Positions 1 to 10,700 of a DNA stretch of 64,000 bases are shown piece after piece. Source of the DNA: Nitrosopumilus sp. (GTDB lineage: Archaea > Thermoproteota > Nitrososphaeria > Nitrososphaerales > Nitrosopumilaceae); NCBI GenBank assembly GCA_965223425.1, contig OZ245003.1, positions 1,856,001 through 1,920,000 of the forward strand, read 5' to 3'. Within the stretch, counting starts at the first letter, position 1. Each line of letters begins with the position of its first letter. The position numbers and the translations under genes are program-made. The notes under the pieces were generated by a model, which saw only the letters and a program-made list of their open reading frames with translations, was not told where the DNA came from and made no database searches.

Positions 1-41
1 GAATCGCTTCCCATACGCCAGTCCAAACCGCCTACATGATC

Positions 42-362
42 TCAGGCTTGGGACACATTTCGCTTAGCTGGAATAAAGCCTTTGATTCGTCTAAGTGAAT
101 ATACGATCAGACAGATGCAAGATATTCCATAACCAATAACCAGCAGCGACAGCCTCAGGTTAAAGTGGCATTCTTCTGGCGCCTCCTCTATGTTGCTGTC
201 CATTAATAATTGTGAATACTCCACGGTCTCCAACATGCACTGATACGTAAACAGGTAAACCGTGTTTACATCCCCCGGGAGTTGTGGAAATGAGGAAAAA
301 AATGAAAACAAGCACAGTAAAAATATCCCAGAGAACAATAATGCAAATGTTTTTTTGAACAT
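42..362 (-). CDS. hypothetical membrane protein
   Basis: 106-aa ORF with ATG start and two hydrophobic segments; family not recognised. Confidence 0.45.
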   Translation of the reverse strand: MFKKTFALLFSGIFLLCLFSFFSSFPQLPGDVNTVYLFTYQCMLETVEYSQLLMDSNIEEAPEECHFNLRLSLLVIGYGISCICLIVYSLRRIKGFIPAKRNVSQA

Positions 363-684
363 GATAAAAAAAGGGATGGTTATGGATAGTCAATTAATGC
401 TTCTGACTGTCCAGTCTGCCGTGATTGTCCATGATAAAACACAAACAGGTATTCTGGCAGTCGTCTTCCCAACTACAATGTTAGTAATGTTGACTGCGCC
501 ATTCATATTCGCAACGGTTGACGGTAACAACGATTGGCCGAATGCGCTTACACTCGAGGTCTAGGTGGCTGTCGTGATCCTCATAGCCAAGGTTAACACC
601 CGACCCATTTTGGGAAAACCATCCAAAGAATTAACAGTGTATAAAAAACGTTAGTAATAAATCACAGAGTATCAGACTATCGAT

Positions 685-969
685 ATGACTGAATTAGAAC
701 ACAAATACGAAGTTGAAATCAAAGAAAGGGAAGAAAAGCAAAAACTACCTGATGATGTGAAAGCTGAGCTAAAAGCATCAGGAATGATGGATGACAAAGG
801 AAAACTCAAGCTAAAAGGAGTCAGTCCAAAAATGCTCAAAAGAATGAAACAGGAATATGTAGAATGTCCGGTTTTAAAGGCAGACACACAGTTTATCCAG
901 TGTTTTGTGTGTCCAAATTTCCAAAGCAGGGTTACAGGCAAAGTTCTTTGTAAAGGTGATCCTCTCTAG
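685..969 (+). CDS. small hypothetical protein with Cys cluster (possible metal binding)
   Basis: 94 aa, backbone-like composition, C-x10-CxxC-x12-C near the C-terminus, directly upstream of proS. Confidence 0.75.
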   Translation: MTELEHKYEVEIKEREEKQKLPDDVKAELKASGMMDDKGKLKLKGVSPKMLKRMKQEYVECPVLKADTQFIQCFVCPNFQSRVTGKVLCKGDPL

Positions 970-1021
970 TATTCAAACAAATCGAGGTTCTCACGAAAAG
1001 CTCATTAGTTAAATTAATTCT

Positions 1022-2476
1022 TTGAATTCTAGTTTGAGTAAAGAAGACAAAGGAATCACGGTTTCAAAAAATGAAGATTTCAGTGAGTGGTACACCCAAG
1101 TAGTTCTAAAAGCTAAACTTGCAGATTATGCTCCTGTAAAAGGACTAATCGTACTCAGGCCAGACGGGTATTCTATTTGGGAGTCATTAAGAAGCACACT
1201 TGATAAAAAATTTGCAAATAATGGAATAAGGAATGGATTTTTGCCGATATTAATTCCAGAGTCATTGTTAGGAAAGGAGCAAAAACATTTTGCGGGATTT
1301 AATCCAGAAGTGTTTTGGGTTACCCATTCAGGAACCAATAAAGTTGGCGACAGACTCGCATTAAGACCAACATCTGAAACACTAGCATACACTCTATATT
1401 CTAAGTGGATTCAAAGTTGGAGGGATTTACCACTAAAGATTAATTTTTGGAATACTGCGTTAAGAGCAGAAATTAAAGGAACAAAACCATTTCTTAGAAC
1501 ATCAGAATTTTTGTGGCAAGAGGGACACACTGTACACGCAACACAAGAAGAGGCAGAGAGGGAAGTAATGAAAATTTTAGAGATTTACAGAGACACTGTT
1601 GAAGACGAGTTAGCAATTCCAGTAACCACAGGAAAAAAAAGTGAAAGTGAAAAGTTTGTAGGTGCAGTATACACTACTACAATGGAATCAATCATGCCTG
1701 ATGGAAAGGCATTACAGATGGGCACGTCACACTTTTTGGGTCAGAATTTTTCTAAACCATTTGAAGTCAAATTTGCAGACAAAGATAATGTAGAACACTT
1801 TGCATGGCAAACCTCATGGGGGGTTTCTTGGAGGTTGATTGGTGCAATGATCATGATACATGGGGATGACAAAGGGTTAGTCTTACCACCAAAGGTAGCG
1901 CCAGTGCAAGTAGTAATTGTGCCAATATACAAAAATGATGAAAGCAAGGCCAGCATATCATCTAAAGTAGAGGATATTAGAAAAAGCCTAGAATCAAAAG
2001 GAATCAGAGTTCACATAGATGATAGAGGCGAATTGTCTCCAGGATACAAATTCAACGATTGGGAACTAAAAGGAGTCCCAATACGAATAGAGATAGGCCC
2101 CAAAGACATGGAAAAACAAAGTGTCATAATAGCAAAAAGATACAATCAGGAAAAATCAAGTCTGTCTTTTGCTGAAATTGAAAAAGTTTCTACGATTTTA
2201 GATGAAATTCAAACGGACATGTTAAAGGCTGCCAAAGAACAATCCAAGGAAAACATCATGGATATTTCAGACTATACAGAATTCAAGTCAAGGATTGAGA
2301 AAGGGGGCTTCTTTAGCGCTCCCTGGTGTGGAAAGTTGGAATGTGAGGAGAAGATCAAAGAAGAAACAGGCGCAGACATCAGAGTAATTCCTTTTGGAAG
2401 TGAAAATACAGGAGAAAAATGCATGTATTGTCAAGAACAAAGCGTCTCAATCATTATTTTTGCAAGAGGGTACTAG
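1022..2476 (+). CDS. proS: prolyl-tRNA synthetase (archaeal/eukaryote-like type)
   Basis: FSEWY, LRPTSET, FLRTSEFLWQEGHT, QTSWGVSWR motifs, anticodon-binding domain and C-terminal Zn domain; true start may be TTG at 1034. Confidence 0.97.
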   Translation: MNSSLSKEDKGITVSKNEDFSEWYTQVVLKAKLADYAPVKGLIVLRPDGYSIWESLRSTLDKKFANNGIRNGFLPILIPESLLGKEQKHFAGFNPEVFWVTHSGTNKVGDRLALRPTSETLAYTLYSKWIQSWRDLPLKINFWNTALRAEIKGTKPFLRTSEFLWQEGHTVHATQEEAEREVMKILEIYRDTVEDELAIPVTTGKKSESEKFVGAVYTTTMESIMPDGKALQMGTSHFLGQNFSKPFEVKFADKDNVEHFAWQTSWGVSWRLIGAMIMIHGDDKGLVLPPKVAPVQVVIVPIYKNDESKASISSKVEDIRKSLESKGIRVHIDDRGELSPGYKFNDWELKGVPIRIEIGPKDMEKQSVIIAKRYNQEKSSLSFAEIEKVSTILDEIQTDMLKAAKEQSKENIMDISDYTEFKSRIEKGGFFSAPWCGKLECEEKIKEETGADIRVIPFGSENTGEKCMYCQEQSVSIIIFARGY

Positions 2477-2526
2477 CACAAAACTACCCACAAACATAAT
2501 AATACAAAAACTAGAATTTTTCAGTA

Positions 2527-3837
2527 TTGACCTCAAACCCGGAGCTAGCACAACAAAGACCCTTGTTAGAGCAGTTCAAAGAGACAAGAAATAGGACTTT
2601 GGAACTTGTAAAAACTTTAGAGGAAGATGATTTTGTGGTTCAGACTGCATTTTTCACGAGTCCGCCAAAATGGCATATTGGCCATGTAAGTTGGGTTTAT
2701 GAGGTAGTTATGAGCAAGATTGATAAAAATTATGAATTTTACTCTAAAGAATTTTCTGATTATCTAAATTCCTATTATCAACAGTTTGGGGTTCCACAGG
2801 ACAGGGGATTACGAGGAGTAAGTTCAAGACCCACCGTTGGCCAAGTTTTCCAATATTTTAGCACAGTAAATCAAAGAGTGGAAAAAATTATTGAGACTCA
2901 AACCTTGGATGATGAGCAAATTAGATTGATTACAATGGGGTTTCATCATGAATGTCAACATCAGGAGCTTTTAGTTTATGATCTACAGCATTTGCTTGCA
3001 GAGCAATACAGGCCTGTTAGAAAAAACAACATCCAAAAACCAAACAATGTTGAGAAAAAATCAGTTGGGATCAAAGGAGGTCTATACACGTTAGGATACA
3101 ATGGGGATGAATACTGTTATGATATCGAACTTCCAGAACACAAAGTATACCTTAATGACTACAAAATGGATGTTTTTCCAATAACAAATCAACAATATCT
3201 AGAATTTGTTGAAGATGGGGGATACAAGACATACAAATACTGGCTATCAGATGGCTGGGAGAAAGTCAAAGAAAAAAAATGGGACGCTCCTATGTATTGG
3301 GAGAAAATTAACGGTGAATGGCATGTTAGGGATTTTCTAGGAATCAGAAAAATTAATCCAGATGAACCAGTGTGTCATGTTAGCTATTACGAATCTGACG
3401 CATACTGTAAGTGGGCTGGAAAAAGATTGCCTACAGAAGCTGAATGGGAAAAAGCTGCTAGCTGGAATGAGGAAAAACAAGAAAAAACAATCTACCCGTG
3501 GGGAAACAAACAAGCATCAACAGAAAAATGTAATTTGCTTGAATCATACTATTGGGGATGCACTGAAATTGGGACATTTCCAGAGGGGATCAGTCCATCA
3601 GGATGTCAACAGATGATAGGCGACGTATGGGAATGGACATCGTCAGAATTTTCAGGGTATCCAGGATTCAAATCCGGGTTTGATGAATACAATGACAAGT
3701 GGTTTACAAACCAAAAAGTTTTGAGAGGGGGCTCATTTGGAACTCCAAAAATGTCAATCAGAAGCAGTTACAGGAACTTCTTCAGACTAGATGAGAGATG
3801 GTTATTTTCAGGATTCAGATGTGCAGAAGACACCTAA
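2527..3837 (+). CDS. egtB: ergothioneine biosynthesis sulfoxide synthase EgtB
   Basis: SPPKWHIGH and HECQHQE iron ligands (DinB_2 domain) plus FGE-sulfatase domain (RLPTEAEWEKAA, GDVWEW, VLRGGSF, SGFRC); adjacent to egtD. Confidence 0.9.
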   Translation: MTSNPELAQQRPLLEQFKETRNRTLELVKTLEEDDFVVQTAFFTSPPKWHIGHVSWVYEVVMSKIDKNYEFYSKEFSDYLNSYYQQFGVPQDRGLRGVSSRPTVGQVFQYFSTVNQRVEKIIETQTLDDEQIRLITMGFHHECQHQELLVYDLQHLLAEQYRPVRKNNIQKPNNVEKKSVGIKGGLYTLGYNGDEYCYDIELPEHKVYLNDYKMDVFPITNQQYLEFVEDGGYKTYKYWLSDGWEKVKEKKWDAPMYWEKINGEWHVRDFLGIRKINPDEPVCHVSYYESDAYCKWAGKRLPTEAEWEKAASWNEEKQEKTIYPWGNKQASTEKCNLLESYYWGCTEIGTFPEGISPSGCQQMIGDVWEWTSSEFSGYPGFKSGFDEYNDKWFTNQKVLRGGSFGTPKMSIRSSYRNFFRLDERWLFSGFRCAEDT

Positions 3838-4856
3838 GATTTTGATACCAAGGTCAATGAGAAATACTTGTTGTCATCTAACCACGTATGTTTAATTTCA
3901 AATCCTATACTATCAAGCATGTCATGAATTTGGGATAGCTCATACTTGTGCGAATGCTCAGTGTGAATTAATTCATTTTTTTCTAGATTCAATAACAGGT
4001 TAGATTTGGATATCACAGTTGATTGCCTTACAAGGGATTCAAGATACATCTCAATTCTTTGATCTTTCTTATTGTATATGACACGATGTGCAAAGTTTTT
4101 CAAATCAAAATCAGCATCAAGTTCGTCATTAATCCTAGAAAGAACATTAAGATTAAATTCTGCAGTTACACCTTGAGAATCGTCATATGCAGATTCCAAA
4201 GTATGTGTGTCTTTTACTAAATCCAATCCAATTAAAAAAAGATCATTAGGTTTCATTGTTGAGTTTATCCTCTGCAAAAATTTGCAGCCGGCAGTAGGTG
4301 AAAAGTTGCCAAAGCTAGAGCCCAAAAAGATAATCAAATTTCTTTTATCGTCATAACTTTTAAGAAATTCCAAGCCACCCTCATATGTGTCAATAATGCC
4401 GGTAATCTGCAAACTGTCGTAATCAGATAGTAGTTGTTCAGAGCTTTCGGCAAGAATTTCAGAAATGTCAATTGGCACATACTCTGTTTTATCCTGTAAC
4501 TTTGTAAAAACATCAAGAATCAGTCGAGTTTTTACAGATGCGCCACTTCCAAGTTCAACTAGTCTAAATTCATCATCAAGGTAAGAAGGTAGTTTATCTT
4601 GCAATTTCCTTAAAATAGAGATTTCAGTTCTAGTGGGATAATATTCAGGCAAGGAACATATTTTTTCAAATAAATTCGAGCCTTTTTTATCATAAAAGAA
4701 CTTTGGATTTATGAATTTAGAGTCTCGATTGAGGCTGGAGGATATTTCTTCGGCAAACGTTTTTTCAATTTTGGTAGCATGTGGTTTAAAATATTGAAGT
4801 TTAGAATCTACAACATATTTTTTATAATTAAGATTTTTTTGAAGGGTGTTACTCAA
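3834..4856 (-). CDS. egtD: L-histidine N-alpha-methyltransferase EgtD
   Basis: PKFFYD, LPEYYPTRTE, LVELGSG, FLGSSFGNF, AYDDSQGVTAEFNLN, IHTEHSHK motifs. Confidence 0.92.
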   Translation of the reverse strand: MSNTLQKNLNYKKYVVDSKLQYFKPHATKIEKTFAEEISSSLNRDSKFINPKFFYDKKGSNLFEKICSLPEYYPTRTEISILRKLQDKLPSYLDDEFRLVELGSGASVKTRLILDVFTKLQDKTEYVPIDISEILAESSEQLLSDYDSLQITGIIDTYEGGLEFLKSYDDKRNLIIFLGSSFGNFSPTAGCKFLQRINSTMKPNDLFLIGLDLVKDTHTLESAYDDSQGVTAEFNLNVLSRINDELDADFDLKNFAHRVIYNKKDQRIEMYLESLVRQSTVISKSNLLLNLEKNELIHTEHSHKYELSQIHDMLDSIGFEIKHTWLDDNKYFSLTLVSKS

Positions 4857-5092
4857 GTGTTAAAATCGCAACCATTCAACATAAATGCTTTATCCCAAAT
4901 TTTTATGCGTAAATTGGGCTCTGTTTCGTCATTGGTAGTTTTCTCCGTGTCACTTTTTGGTTGCTGTAATTTGCGTGGAATCCAAAATTCTCCATCAAAC
5001 ATCCACAAAATATCTCTCCCTCAACTCTACAATCGACTACTTCCTTACACGTACGAGTTGACATCTCTTCCTCAATTAAGGATAAACAACAA

Positions 5093-5470
5093 TTAGGGCA
5101 TCTTGATAGGTTCTTCTTCTTCTTCTTCTTCTTCTTCTTCTTCTTCTTCTTCTTCTTCTTCTTCTTCTTCTTCTTCTTCTTCTTCTTCTTCTTCTTCTTC
5201 TTCTTCTTCTTCTTCTTCTTCTTCTTCTTCTTCTTCTTCTTCTTCTTCTTCTTCTTCTTCTTCTTCTTCTTCTTCTTCTTCTTCTTCTTCTTCTTCTTCT
5301 TCTTTCAAATAGAATATTTGAGCCTCCACCATTGCAATATTCCTGTCTTTATCTTTTAGTTCGTTTATCGCTTTCAAAATCCCCTGTTTCTGGGATTTGA
5401 TTTCTCCTTTCAGTCGACTTTTTTCTCGAACTAGTTCTTCAATTTGTGATTCTAGATAATATCTATCAAT
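5093..5470 (-). pseudogene. coiled-coil protein with poly-Glu tail, 5' end apparently disrupted
   Basis: frame open from 5470 (after TAA) through ESQIEELVREKSRLKGE...FYLK-(E)64-PIKMP; ORF track starts it at 5377. Confidence 0.45.
5111..5302. repeat. perfect (TTC)64 / (GAA)64 microsatellite
   Basis: 192 bp uninterrupted trinucleotide repeat. Confidence 0.97.
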
Positions 5471-5664
5471 TTACCTTTGACTCTTCCTCTGACACGCCAA
5501 CTGATAATATTTCGATATAATCTATGTGTGTTTTTTTATGTTCTTCTGATTTATTATTTTTCTCTTCTTTGATACTGTGTTATCGGTGGGGGTTCATACA
5601 TTTGCACCCAATGTTTAACGGGGCGATATGGTATTATAATGGTAGAAAAGGTGTTTGAATAAGT

Positions 5665-6156
5665 ATGAAAAATCAAATTTTGATAGAAATTAAAACATCG
5701 TTAGATAAAATGGAAGAAACAGGGAAAGTAGATCTTACTATACTTGACAATCTTACAACATTACGTAAATTTCTAAGACAACTCAAAAGTAAATGGTTGA
5801 ATGTAGATAATTCTGATGGGTTTTATTTTTATCAAGCAGTTCGTAATGTAGAATTGGTATTAGGTAAAATGGAATATTGTTTTAAAAATTCACAAAAAGC
5901 TAATGATAATCCAAAAATTGTAGAAGACTCGTTGGTATTATTACCTACAATAGATAACATTCTAGAAACTACACAAAGTTTCAAAATTAATGAAGATACT
6001 ATTGGTAATGTATTACGTAAAACACATGCCTTAAGAAATCAAGCTGCAAGTACCAATCTTATTGAGTCCTTAGACATAAGTAGAGAAAGTATCGATAAAG
6101 ATACTTTAAAATTACAATTTACTGCATTGATACAAAAATTTGATTCTAATTCTTAA
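5665..6156 (+). CDS. hypothetical protein (helical), cargo of the 4917-6710 element
   Basis: 163-aa AT-rich ORF with ATG start, immediately upstream of a PIN-like pseudogene. Confidence 0.7.
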   Translation: MKNQILIEIKTSLDKMEETGKVDLTILDNLTTLRKFLRQLKSKWLNVDNSDGFYFYQAVRNVELVLGKMEYCFKNSQKANDNPKIVEDSLVLLPTIDNILETTQSFKINEDTIGNVLRKTHALRNQAASTNLIESLDISRESIDKDTLKLQFTALIQKFDSNS

Positions 6157-6168
6157 ACCTAATAATAA

Positions 6169-6524
6169 ATGTCCGATGTTAAAGTAATACCTGCACAAAT
6201 GTAATTGTTTCGGCAAGTATAATTGAAAATTTACATGAATTAGAATTAGTAGTAAAACATCATTTTTACGATCAATCTATTCAATTATTTAGTTTGTTTA
6301 AACCTCCAAATGAAACAGATGGATATGTTATGCCAAAAATAAAATCTGAATGTTTTGGAGTTTTATCAAGGACTGTAAAAGATGTATTTGTTCCTAAACG
6401 ATTTGTGGATGGATCTGTTAAAGAGTGATTTTACAATGATGCAGTAGAAATAATTAGTTCTTCGGAACATAAAATGAGAAACTTACTTTCTAGATTAAAA
6501 AGAGTAAATTTAGATCGTCAATAA
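6169..6524 (+). pseudogene. PIN-domain (VapC-like) protein pseudogene
   Basis: restoring one base at ~6194 gives MSDVKVIP(D)TNVIVSASII..., the PIN N-terminal DTNV motif; further in-frame TGA at ~6426. Confidence 0.55.
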
Positions 6525-6753
6525 ATATGGAAGAATCAAAAAGATGATGGTAACACAAGAAATTTTCACAAGGTTTGGAATCAGATGTGATCATCCTAGA
6601 GAAATTTTCCGAATGGCCGGTGGCACGGTTTAATCAAATATATCGTTATTTTAGAAATCTCAGCAACCGAAAAGTAGTACGGAGAAAACTACCGATGACG
6701 AAACAGAGCCGTAAATTGCATTTCTTGATATACCTCTTCATTGGATAGCAATC

Positions 6754-7719
6754 ATGGACGAAATACTCAAAGTGGAGCATTTGAAGAAATATTTTACAAA
6801 AAAAGGGTTGTTTGGATCAAAATCCACAACAGTTAGAGCGGCAGATGATGTTTCATTTTCTATAAAAAAAGGCGAAGTTTTTGTCTTAGCGGGGGAATCA
6901 GGTTCAGGAAAATCAACCATAGCAAAATTAATTCTAAAATCAATCGAATCAGATTCCGGGAAAGTCTTTTTTGAAGATCAGGAAATAAACAATGAACAAA
7001 AAAATTTAGAAAAAATCAGAATGAATTGTCAGATGATTCATCAAGATCCTTATGATTCTATAAATCCAAGGATGAGAATTGCAGATATTGTTTCTGAACC
7101 ACTTGAAATCCACGGTATTGGAAGCAAGGAAGGTAGAATGAAAAGGGTGATCGAAGTTTTGCAGGAAGTAAAATTAGAACCTGCCGAAGAGCTGATGAAA
7201 AAATATCCTCACATGTTATCAGGTGGACAAAGGCAAAGAGTAGTCTTAGCAAGGGCCCTAGCATTAAAACCCAAAATCATCCTAGCTGATGAACCAGTTT
7301 CAATGCTGGATGTTTCAATTAGAGCAGAAATGCTTGAATTGTTACAGGAACTACAGAAAAAACACAGCATTTCATTTGTATACATTACACATGATTTGGC
7401 AACTGCCAAATACTTTGGTCAAAGAATAGGAATTTTGTATCTTGGAAAAATGGTCGAGATGGGGCCAATAAATCAAGTTCTTCAGGCTCCTAAACACCCA
7501 TACACGCAAGCACTAATTGATGCTATTTCAGAGCCAGACCCTGAAAATCTTCATCAGGATAAGAAAATCAGAATAAACGAGCCATCACATACTGATGTAT
7601 GCCAAGGATGCAGATTCAGCAACAGGTGTCCATACGTAATTGACAAATGTAAAGATGAGCCTGATTTGGAGAAAGTCGGCAATGACCACTATTCTGCATG
7701 TTATGTAAAACTAGACTAG
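6754..7719 (+). CDS. oligopeptide/dipeptide ABC transporter ATP-binding protein (OppF/DppF type)
   Basis: GESGSGKS Walker A, LSGGQRQR signature, ILADEP Walker B, HPYT and GCRF..RC C-terminal domain. Confidence 0.95.
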   Translation: MDEILKVEHLKKYFTKKGLFGSKSTTVRAADDVSFSIKKGEVFVLAGESGSGKSTIAKLILKSIESDSGKVFFEDQEINNEQKNLEKIRMNCQMIHQDPYDSINPRMRIADIVSEPLEIHGIGSKEGRMKRVIEVLQEVKLEPAEELMKKYPHMLSGGQRQRVVLARALALKPKIILADEPVSMLDVSIRAEMLELLQELQKKHSISFVYITHDLATAKYFGQRIGILYLGKMVEMGPINQVLQAPKHPYTQALIDAISEPDPENLHQDKKIRINEPSHTDVCQGCRFSNRCPYVIDKCKDEPDLEKVGNDHYSACYVKLD

Positions 7720-10700
7720 GATGTTCTTACAGAAGGCATTCGTTTGTCTTTGTAAGTAACAACGTTAGATACGCCGTTCTTTGGGAAAACACCGTAGATC
7801 AGTTTTGCCTTTTGAACAACAGAGTCCTTCAGAGAGACCATAATGAATTGACTTTCTTTGGATCTCTCCTCTAAGATGTTTGCCAGTCTTTTAGCGTTAG
7901 GCGCATCAAGGTGTGCGTCTACCTCATCAAACAAATAGAATGGAGATGGTTTTAGTTTTTGAAGTGCAAGTACAAACACAATTGCAGCTAATGTTTTTTC
8001 GCCGCCACTGATAGAGGTAGACTCTCTTTTTTGTTTATTTGGGAATTGAATCAGATAAGAAATGCCAGAGCTAAATATATCGTCCTCATTTTGTAATTCC
8101 AGCCAAGCATCACCACCAGTCATTTTATTGAAGATTAAATGAATTTCTTTATCGACTCTGTCAAATGCATCTAAGAATGTTTGTCGTTTGTCTTTTTCAA
8201 TACCTTCAATGAATTTTACAATAGAATTTCTTTCTTCCTCAAGAGAATTCTTTCTTGTTGACATTGAACGGTAGCCATAAGAAATTTCAACATATGTTTC
8301 AGGGGCTTTAGCGTTTAATGCATTAAGAGAAGACAGTTCTGAAGTCAGTCCTTGAACGATTGGTTCAACATCAAATGTCTCCATGTCTTTATCAAATCCA
8401 AACGCAGAGAGGATTTGTTGTAATTTGGTTTCATTTTCTACTAAATCATGTAAATCACGATTCAGGGAATCAGACTGACGCTCTAATGTGTTAATTTGCC
8501 TTGTCAGGCCCTTATCGGCATCAGAAAGGGTTTTGAGTTTATCGTCATATTCTTTAAGTTGTCCAATAGAAGAGCCAGAAGTGGAGATTAGATCTTGCTC
8601 TTTTTCTCTTAATTTTACAAGAACCTCGTTTTTTGATTCTTTTTGTTTTTCTAACCCTTGAATTTTTGTTTCTAATTCTTGGCGTTCTAAATTCAAAGAA
8701 TTTTCCTCATCATAAAGTCGATTAGATTGGGATTTTTCTCTGCTGGCTTGGGTTTGCAATGTGGTGAGTTGTGAAGATTTATCACGGTATTCATTCATGA
8801 CTGTCGTGTATAATTTTTCAATATCTGCTTTCTTCACATTAATCTTTGATAGTTCGTTTGCAATACGGGTCTGTTCTCCAGTAGAATAATTTTCCTCTAC
8901 AAGTGCAATACGTTCATGTAATGACTCGACATGGGATTCGTTTGTAGCAATTTCAGACTCGATAGTGGAATTTCTTGAAGCCAGTTTAGAAATTCTGGTC
9001 GTTAGCTGTTCTTTCATGTTTGTTGCAGAAATAATTCTTGATTTCAAATTAGAGTAATTTTCATTTGTTGTGGCAAGGGATTTTTCTGAAACAAAAAGTC
9101 TTTCAGCATAAGATTGAATCGAGTCTTCTAATTTTTTCAAAGAGTGTTTTTTCTTTAGCATGTATTTTTTGATGACACTGATGGATTGGAACAAGCCGTC
9201 AATGTCACTACTCATTGAGATTAGTTTTGTAAGTTTTGATATTTTGGAATTAATGTCAATAACGACAGTGCCGCCCTTGGCCTCAAAGTATTCACCACCT
9301 AATGTTACTGCTTTGTAACCGGCTTGCGAGATTTTATATGCGGATTCACGACTTTCTGCAAGTACAATGTTTCCAAAGAGGAATGTTTTGAGGGCAGAAT
9401 AAGCAGGATCACATTTGACATAATTGGCAAGTATGCCTAAAACTCCAGATTTTTTAGGGATTTTTAGTTTGAAGTTTGGTATAGCCTCAAGTGGGATAAT
9501 TTTCAGCTTTGGAAGTTTTTTACTTCGAGCAACTTCTGCAAGACCAAGTAGCGTTGCAAAGTCTTTTACAACAATTGCCTTTATCCAGTCAGAGCTGACT
9601 GCAAGTACAGAACGCTCATATTTTTTATCCCATGAAATCATTTCATATACAAGACCTTCGATGCCAAGTTTGTCTGCATCTTCTTTTAATTTTGCAACAG
9701 TGTAATCTTCATGCATGAATCCCTTTACAGTTTTAATTTTTGATTCATACTGATTTGCAGCTGTACTGGATTTTTCCAGTATTAATCCCAATTCTTCCAT
9801 ATCATCAGCAATCTTTAATTTTCTTTTTTGTAATTTTGTAATTCTAGATTTTAATTCAGTAATGGTTGCATCATGGTTTTTCATCATTGATTCTAACTGG
9901 GATTTGTATCCGGAAAGTTGCTCAACATCTTGTTCTAATCCAGAAAGTCTTGTGGAATTTTTCTTAATGTTAATTTCAGACTGTTCTTTTTCATGTTGAG
10001 TTTTGGAGAGTTTTAATTTAGAATCATTTAGTTGGGCGAGAAGAGACTTGATTTTGTCATCAATTTCAGATTTTTTGGCGGCAGCTTCAGACTGTTCTGT
10101 TAAAATTTTATTTCTTTGGGAATCAACAATCTTTAGATCATCATTAACCTTGTTCTTTTTCACATTCGTTTCTTCAATTGATTCTTTTGTTTTTAGAATT
10201 TGTGTGTCAATATCACTTGTAATGTTTATAATTTCTTCTAATTCTGTTTTTATTTCAGGAATTCTGTTATCAAGTTGTTCGATCCTTTTTTTAGATGCAG
10301 AAATCGAGCTGTTATCTATCTCATATTGTTCCATTGCCGTACTAATTTCTGCATCAAGTGATGCCTTTTCTTGGCTGTAATCGTTGGCCTCTGCCATCAG
10401 TTTTGATTTTTCAGTTTCCAGACTGCCAATTTCGGTTCTCAAAGCACTTCTTTCATCATCAAATTTTGTTATTTCAGCGGTAATTGTGCGCAACATGGAT
10501 TCTTTAGACTCTTTTTGGCTTGAAACAACCTTCATTTTGTTGGCAGCTGCTATTGCTTTGTATCGATTAAGTTCACGTTCTAAAATATCATGGCGTAATT
10601 TTTGATTTCGTTCTTCTTCAAGTTCATCAATTCGTTTTTTGATTTCACCCATTTTTGCCAGAGCAATTTCCAGTCTTCTATCGGCCTCATCTAGTTGTTT

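Larger units (their letters stand above)
4917..6710. mobile_element. non-autonomous IS6-like cargo element (no transposase)
   Basis: ~50-bp terminal inverted repeats starting GGCTCTGTTTCGTCA (4917-4966 / 6661-6710) and perfect 8-bp TSD GTAAATTG (4909-4916, 6711-6718). Confidence 0.85.

Noticed and set aside
262-630. plus-strand 100-aa ORF or a toxin-tip remnant upstream of the membrane gene
   Set aside because: No recognisable motifs; the minus-strand frame has an internal stop and is too short to assign.
2527-4856. selenoneine (SenA) or ovothiol pathway
   Set aside because: No SenB/SenC neighbours and no fused methyltransferase; the egtB/egtD pair fits ordinary ergothioneine synthesis.
5103-5312. 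poly-Ser ORF
   Set aside because: Antisense shadow of the GAA repeat.
4917-6710. casposon
   Set aside because: TIR and TSD are present, but there is no Cas1 or PolB, and the ends and 8-bp TSD fit IS6-like elements.
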